Shown one piece after another: positions 12,073 to 21,203 of a stretch of DNA of 64,000 nt. Under the pieces are notes generated by a model, which was not told the origin of the DNA, ran no database searches, and saw only the letters and a program-made list of their open reading frames with translations. The stretch covers positions 2,711-66,710 of the forward strand of contig REDH01000031.1 in the NCBI GenBank assembly GCA_007693585.1. The letters are read 5' to 3'. Source of the stretch: Deltaproteobacteria bacterium (GTDB lineage: Bacteria; Myxococcota_A; Bradymonadia; REDH01). The first letter of the stretch is position 1. Each line of letters begins with the position of its first letter. A program made the translations under genes and the position numbers.

Positions 12073-13161
12073 ATGGCACGACTCCCCCATCGCCCTCTCC
12101 TCTTCCTCCTCACGCTCGCACCGCTGGCCGCCTTCACCGGCTGCGGCGGTTGCGGAGATCGCGAACAGCCAGCCACCGAGCCCGACGAGACCGAGGCCAC
12201 CGAGGAATCCGCCGAGCGCGACACCAGCCACTACGCACTCGCCGTCGATGGCCAGATGGTCCTCGACGTGGACACCCTCGCCGAACGCGTACAGGACATG
12301 GTCGACCGCTACGAACGCGTCGCCGACCGGCCGGAAACGACACCGCGCTGGAGAAACCAGCGCCGACGGCGAATCGTGCAGGACGCACTGCACGATTATC
12401 TGATCGCGCTCGAAGTCCAGGGACAGGGCATCGTCGTGACCGAGGAACAACTCGACCAGGACCTCTCGGAAGAGCTCGGCCGGATGTTCGATGACCGGCG
12501 CCTCTTCGAACGCTATCTCGCATCCCGGGAAATCAGCGAGGAAGAGTTCCGGGCCCAGCGCCGCAAGGACCTCGCCGAACGACTCGTCCTCGCCCAGCGC
12601 GGCAGTCTCGACCCCACCGATGAAGAGCTGCAGGCGTTCTACGAGGAGAACATCGAGCGGTGGCACGCCGAGCAACGCGTCCATGCCTCCACCATCACCG
12701 CCCGTGTCCTCCGCGGCGGTGGGACCGAGGAAGAGCAGGACGCCGAACGCCGCATCCGGGAGATCCGATCGCGCATCGTTGACGGCGGTGAAGACTTCGC
12801 CGAGGTCGCACGGGAAGTCAGCGCCGGCATCGAACGCCCTCGCGGCGGCGACATGGGATGGATCGTCCGCAACGAGCACCTTCGCGCCCAGCTGGTGGCC
12901 GACGGCGTCGATCAGCTCCTCTTCACTCTGCCCGTCGGCGAAGTCAGCGCCCCCCTGCGCACGCAGCTCGGCTACCAGATCTTCCTCGTCCACGACCGGC
13001 GTGACGCGGGAACTCGCGGACTCGACGAGGTGCGCGACAACCTCCTGCGCCCCCTGCGCAGGCAGGTACGCCAGCGCCTCCGACATGAGCTGGTTCGCGA
13101 CGTCGAAGACAGCGTCGAGGTCGAGTACTTCGAGGACAACTGGGGCCTCGAGCCGGAGTGA
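12073..13161 (+). CDS. SurA/PrsA-family peptidyl-prolyl cis-trans isomerase lipoprotein
   Basis: Lipoprotein signal (LAAFTGC), a SurA N-terminal-like region, and a PpiC-type rotamase domain (GGDMGWIVRNEHL...GEVSAPLRTQLGYQIFLV). Confidence 0.7.
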   Translation: MARLPHRPLLFLLTLAPLAAFTGCGGCGDREQPATEPDETEATEESAERDTSHYALAVDGQMVLDVDTLAERVQDMVDRYERVADRPETTPRWRNQRRRRIVQDALHDYLIALEVQGQGIVVTEEQLDQDLSEELGRMFDDRRLFERYLASREISEEEFRAQRRKDLAERLVLAQRGSLDPTDEELQAFYEENIERWHAEQRVHASTITARVLRGGGTEEEQDAERRIREIRSRIVDGGEDFAEVAREVSAGIERPRGGDMGWIVRNEHLRAQLVADGVDQLLFTLPVGEVSAPLRTQLGYQIFLVHDRRDAGTRGLDEVRDNLLRPLRRQVRQRLRHELVRDVEDSVEVEYFEDNWGLEPE

Positions 13162-13495
13162 GCCCAGCCCACCAGGCCGCGCCGCAGGCCTGCCCATCCG
13201 CAGATGACTGCAGAACCCTGGGCCTCGATGCACCAGAAAGCGAAGCACCAGGTCGAGGCCACAGCCCGCCCCGTCCGCGCATGATGGAAGACGCGACGAG
13301 GGACGACGCGACGGAAACCGGCGCAACCGCGAGAGACGCCGACCGCAAGTCGGTGTGCCCACGGCGCAAGTGGCCCGCTCGAGCAGCACGATGTCCGGAC
13401 GGGCAACGCGCTGCTGCAGCGTCACCACCGCAGCGGTGACCGGCCAGGAGCTGACGTCTCGGACAACCGCACGTGCCGGCGCCCGGACGTGGACC

Positions 13496-15610
13496 TCAAA
13501 GGTCCAGCTGGACCGCCTGCACAGTGGGCTCGAGCCCGAGAGCTTCCTTGCGCGACAGACGAATCTTGCCACCCCGCTCGAAGCCCATGCACTTGACGAG
13601 AATCTCCTCGCCCTCGCGGACGACGTCCTCCGTTCGCTCCACGCGCTCGTGCGAGAGCTCGGAGATGTGACACAGCCCGTCGGTGCCGGGGAGAATCGTC
13701 ACGAACGCACCGAAGTCCATGATCTTCGAGACCGTACCCAGGTAGACCTCGCCTGGGCGGGCCTCCTGCGTCAGCGCGCGGATGATCCGGATGGCCTCTT
13801 CGGCCGCCTTCTGGTCACTCGATGCGATCTTCACCGTGCCATCGTCGTTCACCTCCACATTGCAGCCCGTGCGGTCGCAGATGGAGCGGATGGTCTTTCC
13901 GCCGGATCCAATCACGTCCCGGATCCGATCCGGGCTGATGCTGATGGTCGTGATCCGGGGGGCGTAATCCGAAAGCTCGGGACGGGACGCGTCGAGCGCC
14001 TGGGCCATGCAGCCGAGGATGTGCAGGCGCCCCTCGCGGGCCTGCATCAACGCCTCCTCCATGATCTGGCGGGAAAGCCCCTTGATCTTGATGTCCATCT
14101 GGAGCGCGGTGATCCCCTTCCGGGTCCCGGCCACCTTGAAGTCCATGTCGCCGAGGTGATCCTCGTCACCGAGGATATCCGACAGCACCACATAGTCGCC
14201 CTCCTCCGCGATGAGTCCCATGGCGATTCCGGCCACCGGAGCCTTGAGCGGTACGCCAGCGTCCATCAGCGCGAGGCTACCCCCGCACACCGTCGCCATG
14301 GAGGAGGACCCGTTGCTCTCGAGAACCTCGGACACCAGCCGCAGCACGTAGGGGAACTCCTCGAAGTCCGGGAGAACGGCGCGCAGGGCACGATTCGCAA
14401 GGAAGCCGTGACCCACCTCGCGCCGACCGGGTCCGCGGAGCATCTTGACCTCCCCGACCGAAAACGGGGGAAAGTTGTAGTGGAGCATGAAGTACTCGTC
14501 ACGCTTGCCCGATACGTTCTCGATCATCTGGGCGTCTCGGCTCGTCCCGAGTGTCGCCGCCACGAGCGTCTGGGTCTCCCCCCGCGTGAAGAGTGACGAC
14601 CCGTGCACCCGCGGCAGCACGGAGACCTCGGACTGGATGGCGCGAACCGTGCGCGGCGAGCGCCCGTCGAGCCGGATTCGGCGCTGGACGGTCACCTTGC
14701 GCATCAGGTCCTTCTCCACGGCCTGCGCGAGAGACGAGGCCTCCGCGCGCCGACTCTGATCCTCGCCAAGAACCTCGTCGAGCACGGCGTTCCGAACCGC
14801 GCTGATGGCGTCCTTGCGCTCGAACTTGCCCGCGACGTCGAACGCCTCGAGGTAACGGTCGTTCCCGGCCTCGGCGATCCGCGCCATCAGCGCTGCATCA
14901 GGTTCCGGCGCGATGAACTCCCGCTTCGGCTTGCCATGGGCTGCCTGAAGCTCGAGCTGGACGTCGATCAGCGGCTGGACGGCCTCGAACGCGAAGTCCA
15001 GCGCGTCGAGGAGCACCTGCTCCGGCACCTCCTGCGCCTCGCCCTCGACCATCACGATGGCATCTCGCGAAGAGACCACCACGATGTTCAGGTCGCACTC
15101 GGGGAGTTCCTCGAGCGTCGGGTTCGCGATGAAGCGCCCGCCGTGTCGACCCACCCGCACCGCAGCGATCGGACCGAAGAACGGAGCCTCGCTGAGGGTG
15201 AGCGCCGCCGAGGCTCCCGTGATCGCCAGCATGTCCGTGTCATGGACCGCATCGTGGCTGATCACCGTGGCCACGAGCTGCGTGTCGCCCTTGTAGCCGT
15301 CGGGAAAGAGTGGCCGGATCGGCCGGTCCATCAGGCGGCACGTCAGCGTCTCGTGATCGCTGAGCCGACCCTCGCGCTTGAGGAAGCCGCCGGGGATGCG
15401 CCCGCCGGCGTAGCGCTTCTCGACGTAATCGCACACCAGCGGAAAGAAGCGGGCGTCCTCGCGATGCTCGCCGGCGACGGCCGTGACGAGCACCATCGAG
15501 TCACCACAGCGCACCACCACCGAACCGGAGGCCTGCTTCGCCATGCGACCGGTCTCGATGTGGATGGTGTGCTCGCCAAGAGTGGTCTGCAACGTGGTCG
15601 GATTGTTCAT
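13496..15610 (-). CDS. pnp: Polyribonucleotide nucleotidyltransferase (PNPase)
   Basis: Full-length match to the PNPase architecture (2x RNase PH, KH, S1). The start is at MNNPTTLQ. Confidence 0.95.
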   Translation of the reverse strand: MNNPTTLQTTLGEHTIHIETGRMAKQASGSVVVRCGDSMVLVTAVAGEHREDARFFPLVCDYVEKRYAGGRIPGGFLKREGRLSDHETLTCRLMDRPIRPLFPDGYKGDTQLVATVISHDAVHDTDMLAITGASAALTLSEAPFFGPIAAVRVGRHGGRFIANPTLEELPECDLNIVVVSSRDAIVMVEGEAQEVPEQVLLDALDFAFEAVQPLIDVQLELQAAHGKPKREFIAPEPDAALMARIAEAGNDRYLEAFDVAGKFERKDAISAVRNAVLDEVLGEDQSRRAEASSLAQAVEKDLMRKVTVQRRIRLDGRSPRTVRAIQSEVSVLPRVHGSSLFTRGETQTLVAATLGTSRDAQMIENVSGKRDEYFMLHYNFPPFSVGEVKMLRGPGRREVGHGFLANRALRAVLPDFEEFPYVLRLVSEVLESNGSSSMATVCGGSLALMDAGVPLKAPVAGIAMGLIAEEGDYVVLSDILGDEDHLGDMDFKVAGTRKGITALQMDIKIKGLSRQIMEEALMQAREGRLHILGCMAQALDASRPELSDYAPRITTISISPDRIRDVIGSGGKTIRSICDRTGCNVEVNDDGTVKIASSDQKAAEEAIRIIRALTQEARPGEVYLGTVSKIMDFGAFVTILPGTDGLCHISELSHERVERTEDVVREGEEILVKCMGFERGGKIRLSRKEALGLEPTVQAVQLDL

Positions 15611-15625
15611 GGATTCCTGTGCGGA

Positions 15626-15644
15626 TGGACGACGGAAGACGCCT
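15626..15644 (-). promoter_or_regulatory. Perfect 8-bp stem hairpin (ggaagacg cct cgtcttcc) in the pnp 5' leader
   Basis: Inverted repeat read directly. Position is analogous to the autoregulatory/RNase III hairpin in the E. coli rpsO-pnp intergenic region. Confidence 0.35.
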
Positions 15645-15796
15645 CGTCTTCCGCCTGGGATGGCATCACCGCCCGAGCCTTCCGGGTATCCTTCCGCAGC
15701 GTGTAGTGGAACGCAGCGCGCCTCGCGCTGCGCTCGACTACAGGCTACCGAAGGGAAGAAACCCACGATTCGTCGAGCCGGTTTGCAGGGAGCCTG

Positions 15797-15825
15797 AATC
15801 GCTTCGGGCCCGTCTCCCTGCGGCG
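15797..15825 (-). terminator. GC-rich 9-bp stem hairpin (gggcccgtc ...10 nt... gacgggccc) just downstream of rpsO
   Basis: Inverted repeat read directly. No U-tract, as is common in high-GC genomes. Confidence 0.3.
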
Positions 15826-15869
15826 ACGGGCCCAAATACGCTAGCTCCGGCTGGCGACTTTCGCAACGA

Positions 15870-16151
15870 CTACTTGCGGAGACCCAGCTCGGCGATCAGC
15901 TCGCGGTAGCGATTCACGTCGCGGCCCTTGATGTAGTCGAGCAGCCGCCGACGTCGTCCGACCAGCTTGAGCAGACCCCGGCGGGAGTGGTGGTCATGCT
16001 TGTGCGTGCGGAAGTGATCCGTCAGGTAGATGATCCGTTCGGTGAGGATCGCCACCTGAATCTCGCTCGACCCCGTGTCGGTCTCCGACAGGTCGAACTT
16101 CTTGCGGATGCGGGAGATGATTTCGGACTTCGCTTCTGTATCCAGCGCCAT
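15870..16151 (-). CDS. rpsO: 30S ribosomal protein S15
   Basis: 93 aa starting [11 protein letters not shown]. Conserved S15 C-terminus. Confidence 0.95.
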   Translation of the reverse strand: MALDTEAKSEIISRIRKKFDLSETDTGSSEIQVAILTERIIYLTDHFRTHKHDHHSRRGLLKLVGRRRRLLDYIKGRDVNRYRELIAELGLRK

Positions 16152-16351
16152 GGGACCTCCTGAGGCTCGTGTTGCGCACAGACGATCCCGCCTGCCGCGC
16201 ACTGTTCACTCCGTCTCACCCGCCCATGGGGAGTCGCGACGGAGCGCGCAGCGATAGTCGCTCCGCTCCCCGCCGTCAACCGCAAGTACCACGACACGCG
16301 CCCCCGGCAGGACCCGCACGGCACCGGCAGGATCGCTCCCGACATCGGTGC

Positions 16352-19240
16352 TCACCACGCACCGCCGTAGCGCAGGTACACGTCCGTGACGCCATCCGGA
16401 CCCAACCCCCGGGCCACGCCCGCCCGAAACCCCGCCGACTGGAAATACGCCAGGGTCGACGACAATCTGAGCTCCCCCCCCAGCCCGACGAGCATCTCGC
16501 TCACCTGCCACCGGTCCACGAAGGCATCCGCGGCGTCCGCGAACAGCACCGCATGAAGCCGACCCGCATGGAACGGCAATGTCCCCGGGCCCGCATCCAG
16601 ATCGACCAGCGGCAGCCGGTACTCCACTGTCGCTCTCCAGTACCGGTCTCCCCGGCGGATGGAGGGGGGGAAGCCGCGCGTCGGCAACGTACTCGCCGGG
16701 AGATCATCCACCAGCGACACGAAGATGTCCCGCGCCTGCGGTCCACCGACGGCGAAGAGCGAACGCTGCCCGGACCCACTCACCCCGATTCCCCCGTTCA
16801 GGCGCAACGCGAGAACATGGTGCATCGCCCAGGGGAGGGGCACGTAGTGACGAACCGTCCCGAGCACCTCTCCCCCTTCCGCGTCTGCGCCCAGCGCCCG
16901 GGCACGCAACCGGCTTCCCAGGACCAGCGCCGTCCCCCGCTCCTGCGAGATGGACCAGGTCGCCCGATCCAGCCGGGACCACGTCCAGGACATGGACAGG
17001 CCGCTCGAACGCGTCCCCTCCGGAAACACCGGCGCCAGATCCTCCGGCGACGGCGCCGGCACGGGGGTGTCCACGGGCCGGCGAAGCTCTCCGAACCAGC
17101 CCACCGAGACCCCCTGACGCGCCTGCAGCGACGAAAACGGGAACGTGGCCGACGCCCGGCCCGACCACTGCTCCTCCAGATATGGCCGCCACTCCGAACC
17201 GACGAACAGCCCCCTCGTGCGCGCCGCGAAACCCCGCTGGAGCCCCAGGCTCAATCGAGGCTGCACACTGCGCACCACCAGGTCCACCTGCCCCACCGGC
17301 TCACCCGCATCCACGTCCCACGCCAGGGAAGCCAGCCACGCATGCCGCTCCGGAGCATCCGCCCCCGACGCCGTCATCCCGACCGCGGCCCCTCCCCGGT
17401 CGACAGCGCTGATCGGCCACCACTGATGCAGCCGCGTCTCCCGCAGCCCTCGGTGCACACGCGCCGCCCCTATCGCCTCCGCATCCACCTCCGGCCGACG
17501 ATAAATCTCCCGCGACCGCGCCGTCGGCGACAGTTCGAGCGAGACCCACGCCTCCTCCAGCGACCCCTCGAACGGCACGCGCGCGATGTCGTACCCTCGC
17601 GACGAGTAGTGCGAGGCCACGAGCCCCGTGCCGCCACCCGGCAGCACCACCAGCGCCGGTGAGAACAGACCGCTCTCCACCCGCGTCAGTCGCCGCACCT
17701 CGCCGTCGGAAACCCGCACCACATGCAGATCGTACCGGTCCTCGCGATCCCCGCTGAACACCACGTAGCGCCCGTCCGCCGAAGGCACCGGATCGATGTC
17801 GAACCCCCGACCGCGCGTCAGCCGTCGCATCTCCCCCGTCCCCACATCGAGCAACACGATGTCACGACCCCGGTTCTCCTCGAGCAGACTGAACACGATG
17901 CGCTGCCCATCCGGCATCCACCGCGGTCGACCCGCCTGGCCCCAGGCCGGGGCCTGCCACAGCTCGCCCACATCGCCCGTCTCGAGGTCCAGTACGGCCA
18001 AATCCGCCCTCCCGTCGCGCGGGGTGACGAACACCACGTGACGCCCATCCGGCGACACGTCCGGCTCCCGCGCCCGTGCTCCGTCCGTCAGCCGCGTCAG
18101 CGCCCCATCGTCCAGATCCAGCCGGTACAGATCCCGAAAACCGTAGTACCCCCTGTGGATCGTCCGCTGGCTGATCACGACCGACCCGCCATCCGGGAGG
18201 AAAGCGAACGTCCCCCCGGTCTCTGCACGGCGCACGAGCCGAGGTCCGGCCTCTTCCCCCTCGATCACGATCCGGGGCGCGCCGCGACCATCATCCTGCA
18301 ACCAGGCCGCGCGACCATCCGGCGTCGCGCGGACGAATCGATTACGCTCTCCGGTCGAGGTGATCGGCTCCACCCGCGTCTCCCCCTCCAGTCGGAGGAG
18401 GAGCGACTCCGCCGTGAACCGCCCCTGCTGTACGGTCACCCAGCGATCCCACAACCGCAGGAAGTCGTCCTCGAAGTGCTCGCGTCCGACGAGATTCATC
18501 CCGTACGGAAGCACCCTGCGCCCATAGTGCGCGTTGAAGTCCAGGAAGGCGTCCCACCCGATCTCCTCGGACAGCCATGCGATGAAGCGACTTCCGTAGA
18601 GGTACCAGCCCGTCGCCCGTGGCCAGTCGACCGGGCTTCCGCCGAGCTGCCCGAGCCGCGGGAGCGTCCCGTCGAGCGCTGCCATCCGCAGCATCATCAG
18701 AAACACGCTGCTCTCCATCCGCCCTCCCCCACTGTGGACGGACTCGTGGTAGGTGGCGATACCCTCGATGAACCACCGCGGAAGCGCTGTGTTCGGCGCA
18801 AACCGTTTTCCGAACGGAATGTTCGCCAGCTCCGGAAGCCCTCCGATGGTGTCGAGGTGAAGGATGTGGGCATACTCGTGGACGATCAGTACCCACATCC
18901 AGTGATCGAAGTCACCGAGGTTCGAGTCGATCTCCGGCGGGTAGGCGAACAGCCGGATGAGGTTCGTGGGCACGACCCTCGCCGATCCGTTCGCGCTGTC
19001 GACCTCATCCTGGAGCACCACGTCCGTCGGCCTGCTCGGCACGTGTCCGAAGACGGGTGCGAGCACGGCATGCGCCTGCTCGCACAGCACGGCGACCTCC
19101 TCGGCGATCGCTGCCGTCGAGCCCTGAAAGTGGACCCGGAAGTGCGGCGTCTCGATGACTCCCCACGGCTCGGCCAGTCCGCCCCCTGCGGAGGCCTCCT
19201 GTCCCCACGCGAGCAAGGCCACGAAGAGCAGCGCCACCAT
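16352..19240 (-). CDS. Secreted multidomain protein: gluzincin-type metallopeptidase (HEYAH...E) + PD40/TolB-like beta-propeller + C-terminal Omp85-like beta-barrel
   Basis: Signal peptide MVALLFVALLAWGQEASA. VLIVHEYAHILH and EGIATYHE. Repeated DxSPDGRxVVF blades. The C-terminus carries Omp85 hallmarks (TRGF, LFADAADAF, VGLGGELRL, terminal YLRYGGAW). Confidence 0.6.
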   Translation of the reverse strand: MVALLFVALLAWGQEASAGGGLAEPWGVIETPHFRVHFQGSTAAIAEEVAVLCEQAHAVLAPVFGHVPSRPTDVVLQDEVDSANGSARVVPTNLIRLFAYPPEIDSNLGDFDHWMWVLIVHEYAHILHLDTIGGLPELANIPFGKRFAPNTALPRWFIEGIATYHESVHSGGGRMESSVFLMMLRMAALDGTLPRLGQLGGSPVDWPRATGWYLYGSRFIAWLSEEIGWDAFLDFNAHYGRRVLPYGMNLVGREHFEDDFLRLWDRWVTVQQGRFTAESLLLRLEGETRVEPITSTGERNRFVRATPDGRAAWLQDDGRGAPRIVIEGEEAGPRLVRRAETGGTFAFLPDGGSVVISQRTIHRGYYGFRDLYRLDLDDGALTRLTDGARAREPDVSPDGRHVVFVTPRDGRADLAVLDLETGDVGELWQAPAWGQAGRPRWMPDGQRIVFSLLEENRGRDIVLLDVGTGEMRRLTRGRGFDIDPVPSADGRYVVFSGDREDRYDLHVVRVSDGEVRRLTRVESGLFSPALVVLPGGGTGLVASHYSSRGYDIARVPFEGSLEEAWVSLELSPTARSREIYRRPEVDAEAIGAARVHRGLRETRLHQWWPISAVDRGGAAVGMTASGADAPERHAWLASLAWDVDAGEPVGQVDLVVRSVQPRLSLGLQRGFAARTRGLFVGSEWRPYLEEQWSGRASATFPFSSLQARQGVSVGWFGELRRPVDTPVPAPSPEDLAPVFPEGTRSSGLSMSWTWSRLDRATWSISQERGTALVLGSRLRARALGADAEGGEVLGTVRHYVPLPWAMHHVLALRLNGGIGVSGSGQRSLFAVGGPQARDIFVSLVDDLPASTLPTRGFPPSIRRGDRYWRATVEYRLPLVDLDAGPGTLPFHAGRLHAVLFADAADAFVDRWQVSEMLVGLGGELRLSSTLAYFQSAGFRAGVARGLGPDGVTDVYLRYGGAW

Positions 19241-19410
19241 GCGGGACCGCCCGACCAGCGGAGAGGGCACGCGGCACTCGAGGCGGACACCGGAGGCGCG
19301 GTGCAGGGCCGCGCGTGACCGCGCGACCAACGGGTTGGACAAGCAGCGTCTGCAGGCGGCGATCGTCATCGGAGTAGACTGACCGAAAGTGCCTGAGAGC
19401 GCAATGCGCG

Positions 19411-20235
19411 CTAGTTGACGAGCGGGCTCCGCTCGCGGAGGCTCTCGAGACACTTCGAGGCAACTGCGGCGGTACGGCGACATCGGCTCTGCTCCGCAAG
19501 CCCGCGGAAGATTCCGGTGGCCTCGCCGATGGAACCGAGTTCCTCGGCGATCCGTGCGCGCTGGAGCTGGAAATCCAGCCGCTCGGGGTCCAGCGTCGTG
19601 AGCAGGCGGAGTGTGCGATAGATGCGCAGGGCATCCCCCGCCCGCAGGTAGCTGCCCACGAGGTTTCTCAGCACACGCTCGGCGAAGCGTCCGGTCCCCA
19701 CCGGCGCGAGAAACGAGTCGGACCAGTCGAGATTCCCCTGCGACAGCCGGGCGACGATCGCGCGACAGCCGTCGACGTCGAGCGGCCGACCGCCGCAGAA
19801 TGGGTCCACCAGAGCGCCATCGACCCGGACGACGAAGTGCCCGGGCAGTCCGATGCCCTCAACTTCGAGCTGAGCCGAGCGACCCACGATGCACCATACA
19901 GCGGAGAGAAGGATCGGGAGTCCCTTCCGCCGCCGGACCACCGAGGACAGATGGGAGTTCTCCGGACGATGATAATCCTCGCGGTCCCCCCGGAAGGACA
20001 TTTCCTCGACGAGAACGCGGGCCAGCGCCCGCTGCGGGTGCCGATACCAGCCCTGGTCCACGATCTCCCTCACGCGCTCGGACCAGCGCTCGAGCCACCG
20101 GTTCGTCTCCGCTCGCATGACCGCGTCCGCCCCTTCAATGGCGTGAAGCGCGTCCTCGAGGCGGTCCTCCTCGACCGACTGTCTCAGGAGGGCAGCGTTC
20201 GCGTCGTCGTCGCTTGACCAGAGTTCGCGTATCAT
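19411..20235 (-). CDS. Transglutaminase-like/UPF0162-family protein
   Basis: A 274-aa C-terminal portion of a longer ORF. The upstream portion is antisense to mazG and was rejected. The start is at MIRELW. Confidence 0.5.
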   Translation of the reverse strand: MIRELWSSDDDANAALLRQSVEEDRLEDALHAIEGADAVMRAETNRWLERWSERVREIVDQGWYRHPQRALARVLVEEMSFRGDREDYHRPENSHLSSVVRRRKGLPILLSAVWCIVGRSAQLEVEGIGLPGHFVVRVDGALVDPFCGGRPLDVDGCRAIVARLSQGNLDWSDSFLAPVGTGRFAERVLRNLVGSYLRAGDALRIYRTLRLLTTLDPERLDFQLQRARIAEELGSIGEATGIFRGLAEQSRCRRTAAVASKCLESLRERSPLVN

Positions 20236-20286
20236 GGATGGACGTTCGAGACCGGGGGCGTGCGCCCGTGGACGCGTGGAGGCACT

Positions 20287-20625
20287 ATGACGCTGACGGA
20301 GCTTCAACAAGTCATCGACCAGTGGATAAGCCAGTACGAGGAGGGCTACTGGCCCCCGCTGGCCAACCTCGCGCGACTGACCGAGGAGGTCGGCGAGCTC
20401 GCGCGGGAGCTCAACCACGCCCATGGATCCAAGCCGAAGAAGACCGGCGAGAGCAGTGGATCCGTCGACGAGGAGCTGGGCGACATCGTATTCGCCGCAG
20501 CGACCCTCGCCAACTCGCTGGGCATCGACCTCGAGGCGGCCGTCAGGGGCAGCGTCGCGAAGGTCCGGCGCCGAGACGACCGACGCTTCGTCAGGAAGAA
20601 GGCTGACGAACCCTCTGGCGCTTGA
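20287..20625 (+). CDS. Small MazG-family nucleoside triphosphate pyrophosphohydrolase
   Basis: EEVGELARE...EELGDIVF: the EExxE...D metal-binding pattern of all-alpha NTP-PPases. Confidence 0.75.
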   Translation: MTLTELQQVIDQWISQYEEGYWPPLANLARLTEEVGELARELNHAHGSKPKKTGESSGSVDEELGDIVFAAATLANSLGIDLEAAVRGSVAKVRRRDDRRFVRKKADEPSGA

Positions 20626-20700
20626 CGATGCAAACCGCCTCGGCTTACCTGCTCGGCGCGTGAGGTGGTCCGGCGCCGAGACGACCGACGCCTCGTCAGG
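20562..20700 (+). repeat. 34-bp direct repeat (ggtccggcgccgagacgaccgacgc[t/c]tcgtcagg) at 20562-20595 and 20667-20700, about 71 bp apart
   Basis: Read directly, with 1 mismatch. Copy 1 encodes the MazG C-terminus (VRRRDDRRFVRKK). Copy 2 is intergenic, before trxA. Confidence 0.75.
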
Positions 20701-20785
20701 CGTCCGGAAGACCGAACTCTCCCGCGCGAGCACAGCACCCGCGCCCTGAACGCCTCACATCACACGATGACCCCGGAGTGCTTAG

Positions 20786-21115
20786 ATGGCCAACCCGAAA
20801 ATCCTGACTGTCACCGATGCCACCTTCGAGAACGACGTCGTGCAGAGCGACCTGCCCGTCGTCGTGGATTTCTGGGCCGAGTGGTGCGGCCCCTGCAAGC
20901 AGATCGCTCCCGTTCTCGACAAGCTTGCTGACACCTTCGACGGCAAGGTGCTCATCGCAAAGGTGAACGTCGACCAGAATCGGGCGATCCCCACGAACTT
21001 CAACATTCGGGGTATCCCGACCCTTATCGGTTTCAAGGGCGGGCAGGAGGTCGGCCGCCTGACTGGCTTCGGCGGGCAGGACAGCGTCGAGCGGTTCGTC
21101 CGGGATCTCCTCTGA
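20786..21115 (+). CDS. trxA: Thioredoxin
   Basis: WCGPC active site. 109 aa. Confidence 0.95.
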   Translation: MANPKILTVTDATFENDVVQSDLPVVVDFWAEWCGPCKQIAPVLDKLADTFDGKVLIAKVNVDQNRAIPTNFNIRGIPTLIGFKGGQEVGRLTGFGGQDSVERFVRDLL

Positions 21116-21203
21116 CGCCCAAGGTTCCCTGACGCGCTTGCGGCACACCGGGTCAAGCTCGCCGAGAGCGTGGTCCGACGGTCAGCCGCGCTTCGGACAG
21201 CGC

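Noticed and set aside
13162-13495. Inverted repeats (gtcacc...ggtgac; ggacctcaaaggtcc) in the convergent SurA-like/pnp spacer as terminators
   Set aside because: The stems are short (6 bp) with no U-tract. It is plausible but too weak to call.
16169-17662. Long antisense ORFs rich in R/P/A/G (e.g. 1956..3947+, 16169..17662+, 21138..22625+, 23630..25282+, 45859..47778+, 54477..57383+, 57101..59542+, 59988..62165+)
   Set aside because: They lie opposite well-supported conserved genes, have low-complexity Arg/Pro-rich composition and lack GC3 bias. These are typical artefacts of 70% GC DNA.
16352-19483. Upstream 81-codon extension of the Omp85-fusion ORF
   Set aside because: The signal peptide begins at the internal ATG (19240). 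The extension overlaps the intergenic region, so the shorter start was preferred.
20236-20733. N-terminal 166-aa extension of ORF 19411..20733 containing a duplicated DEASVVSAPD peptide
   Set aside because: It is antisense to the well-supported mazG gene. The peptide repeat is simply the antisense reading of the 34-bp DNA duplication. The gene was trimmed to start at MIRELW (20235).
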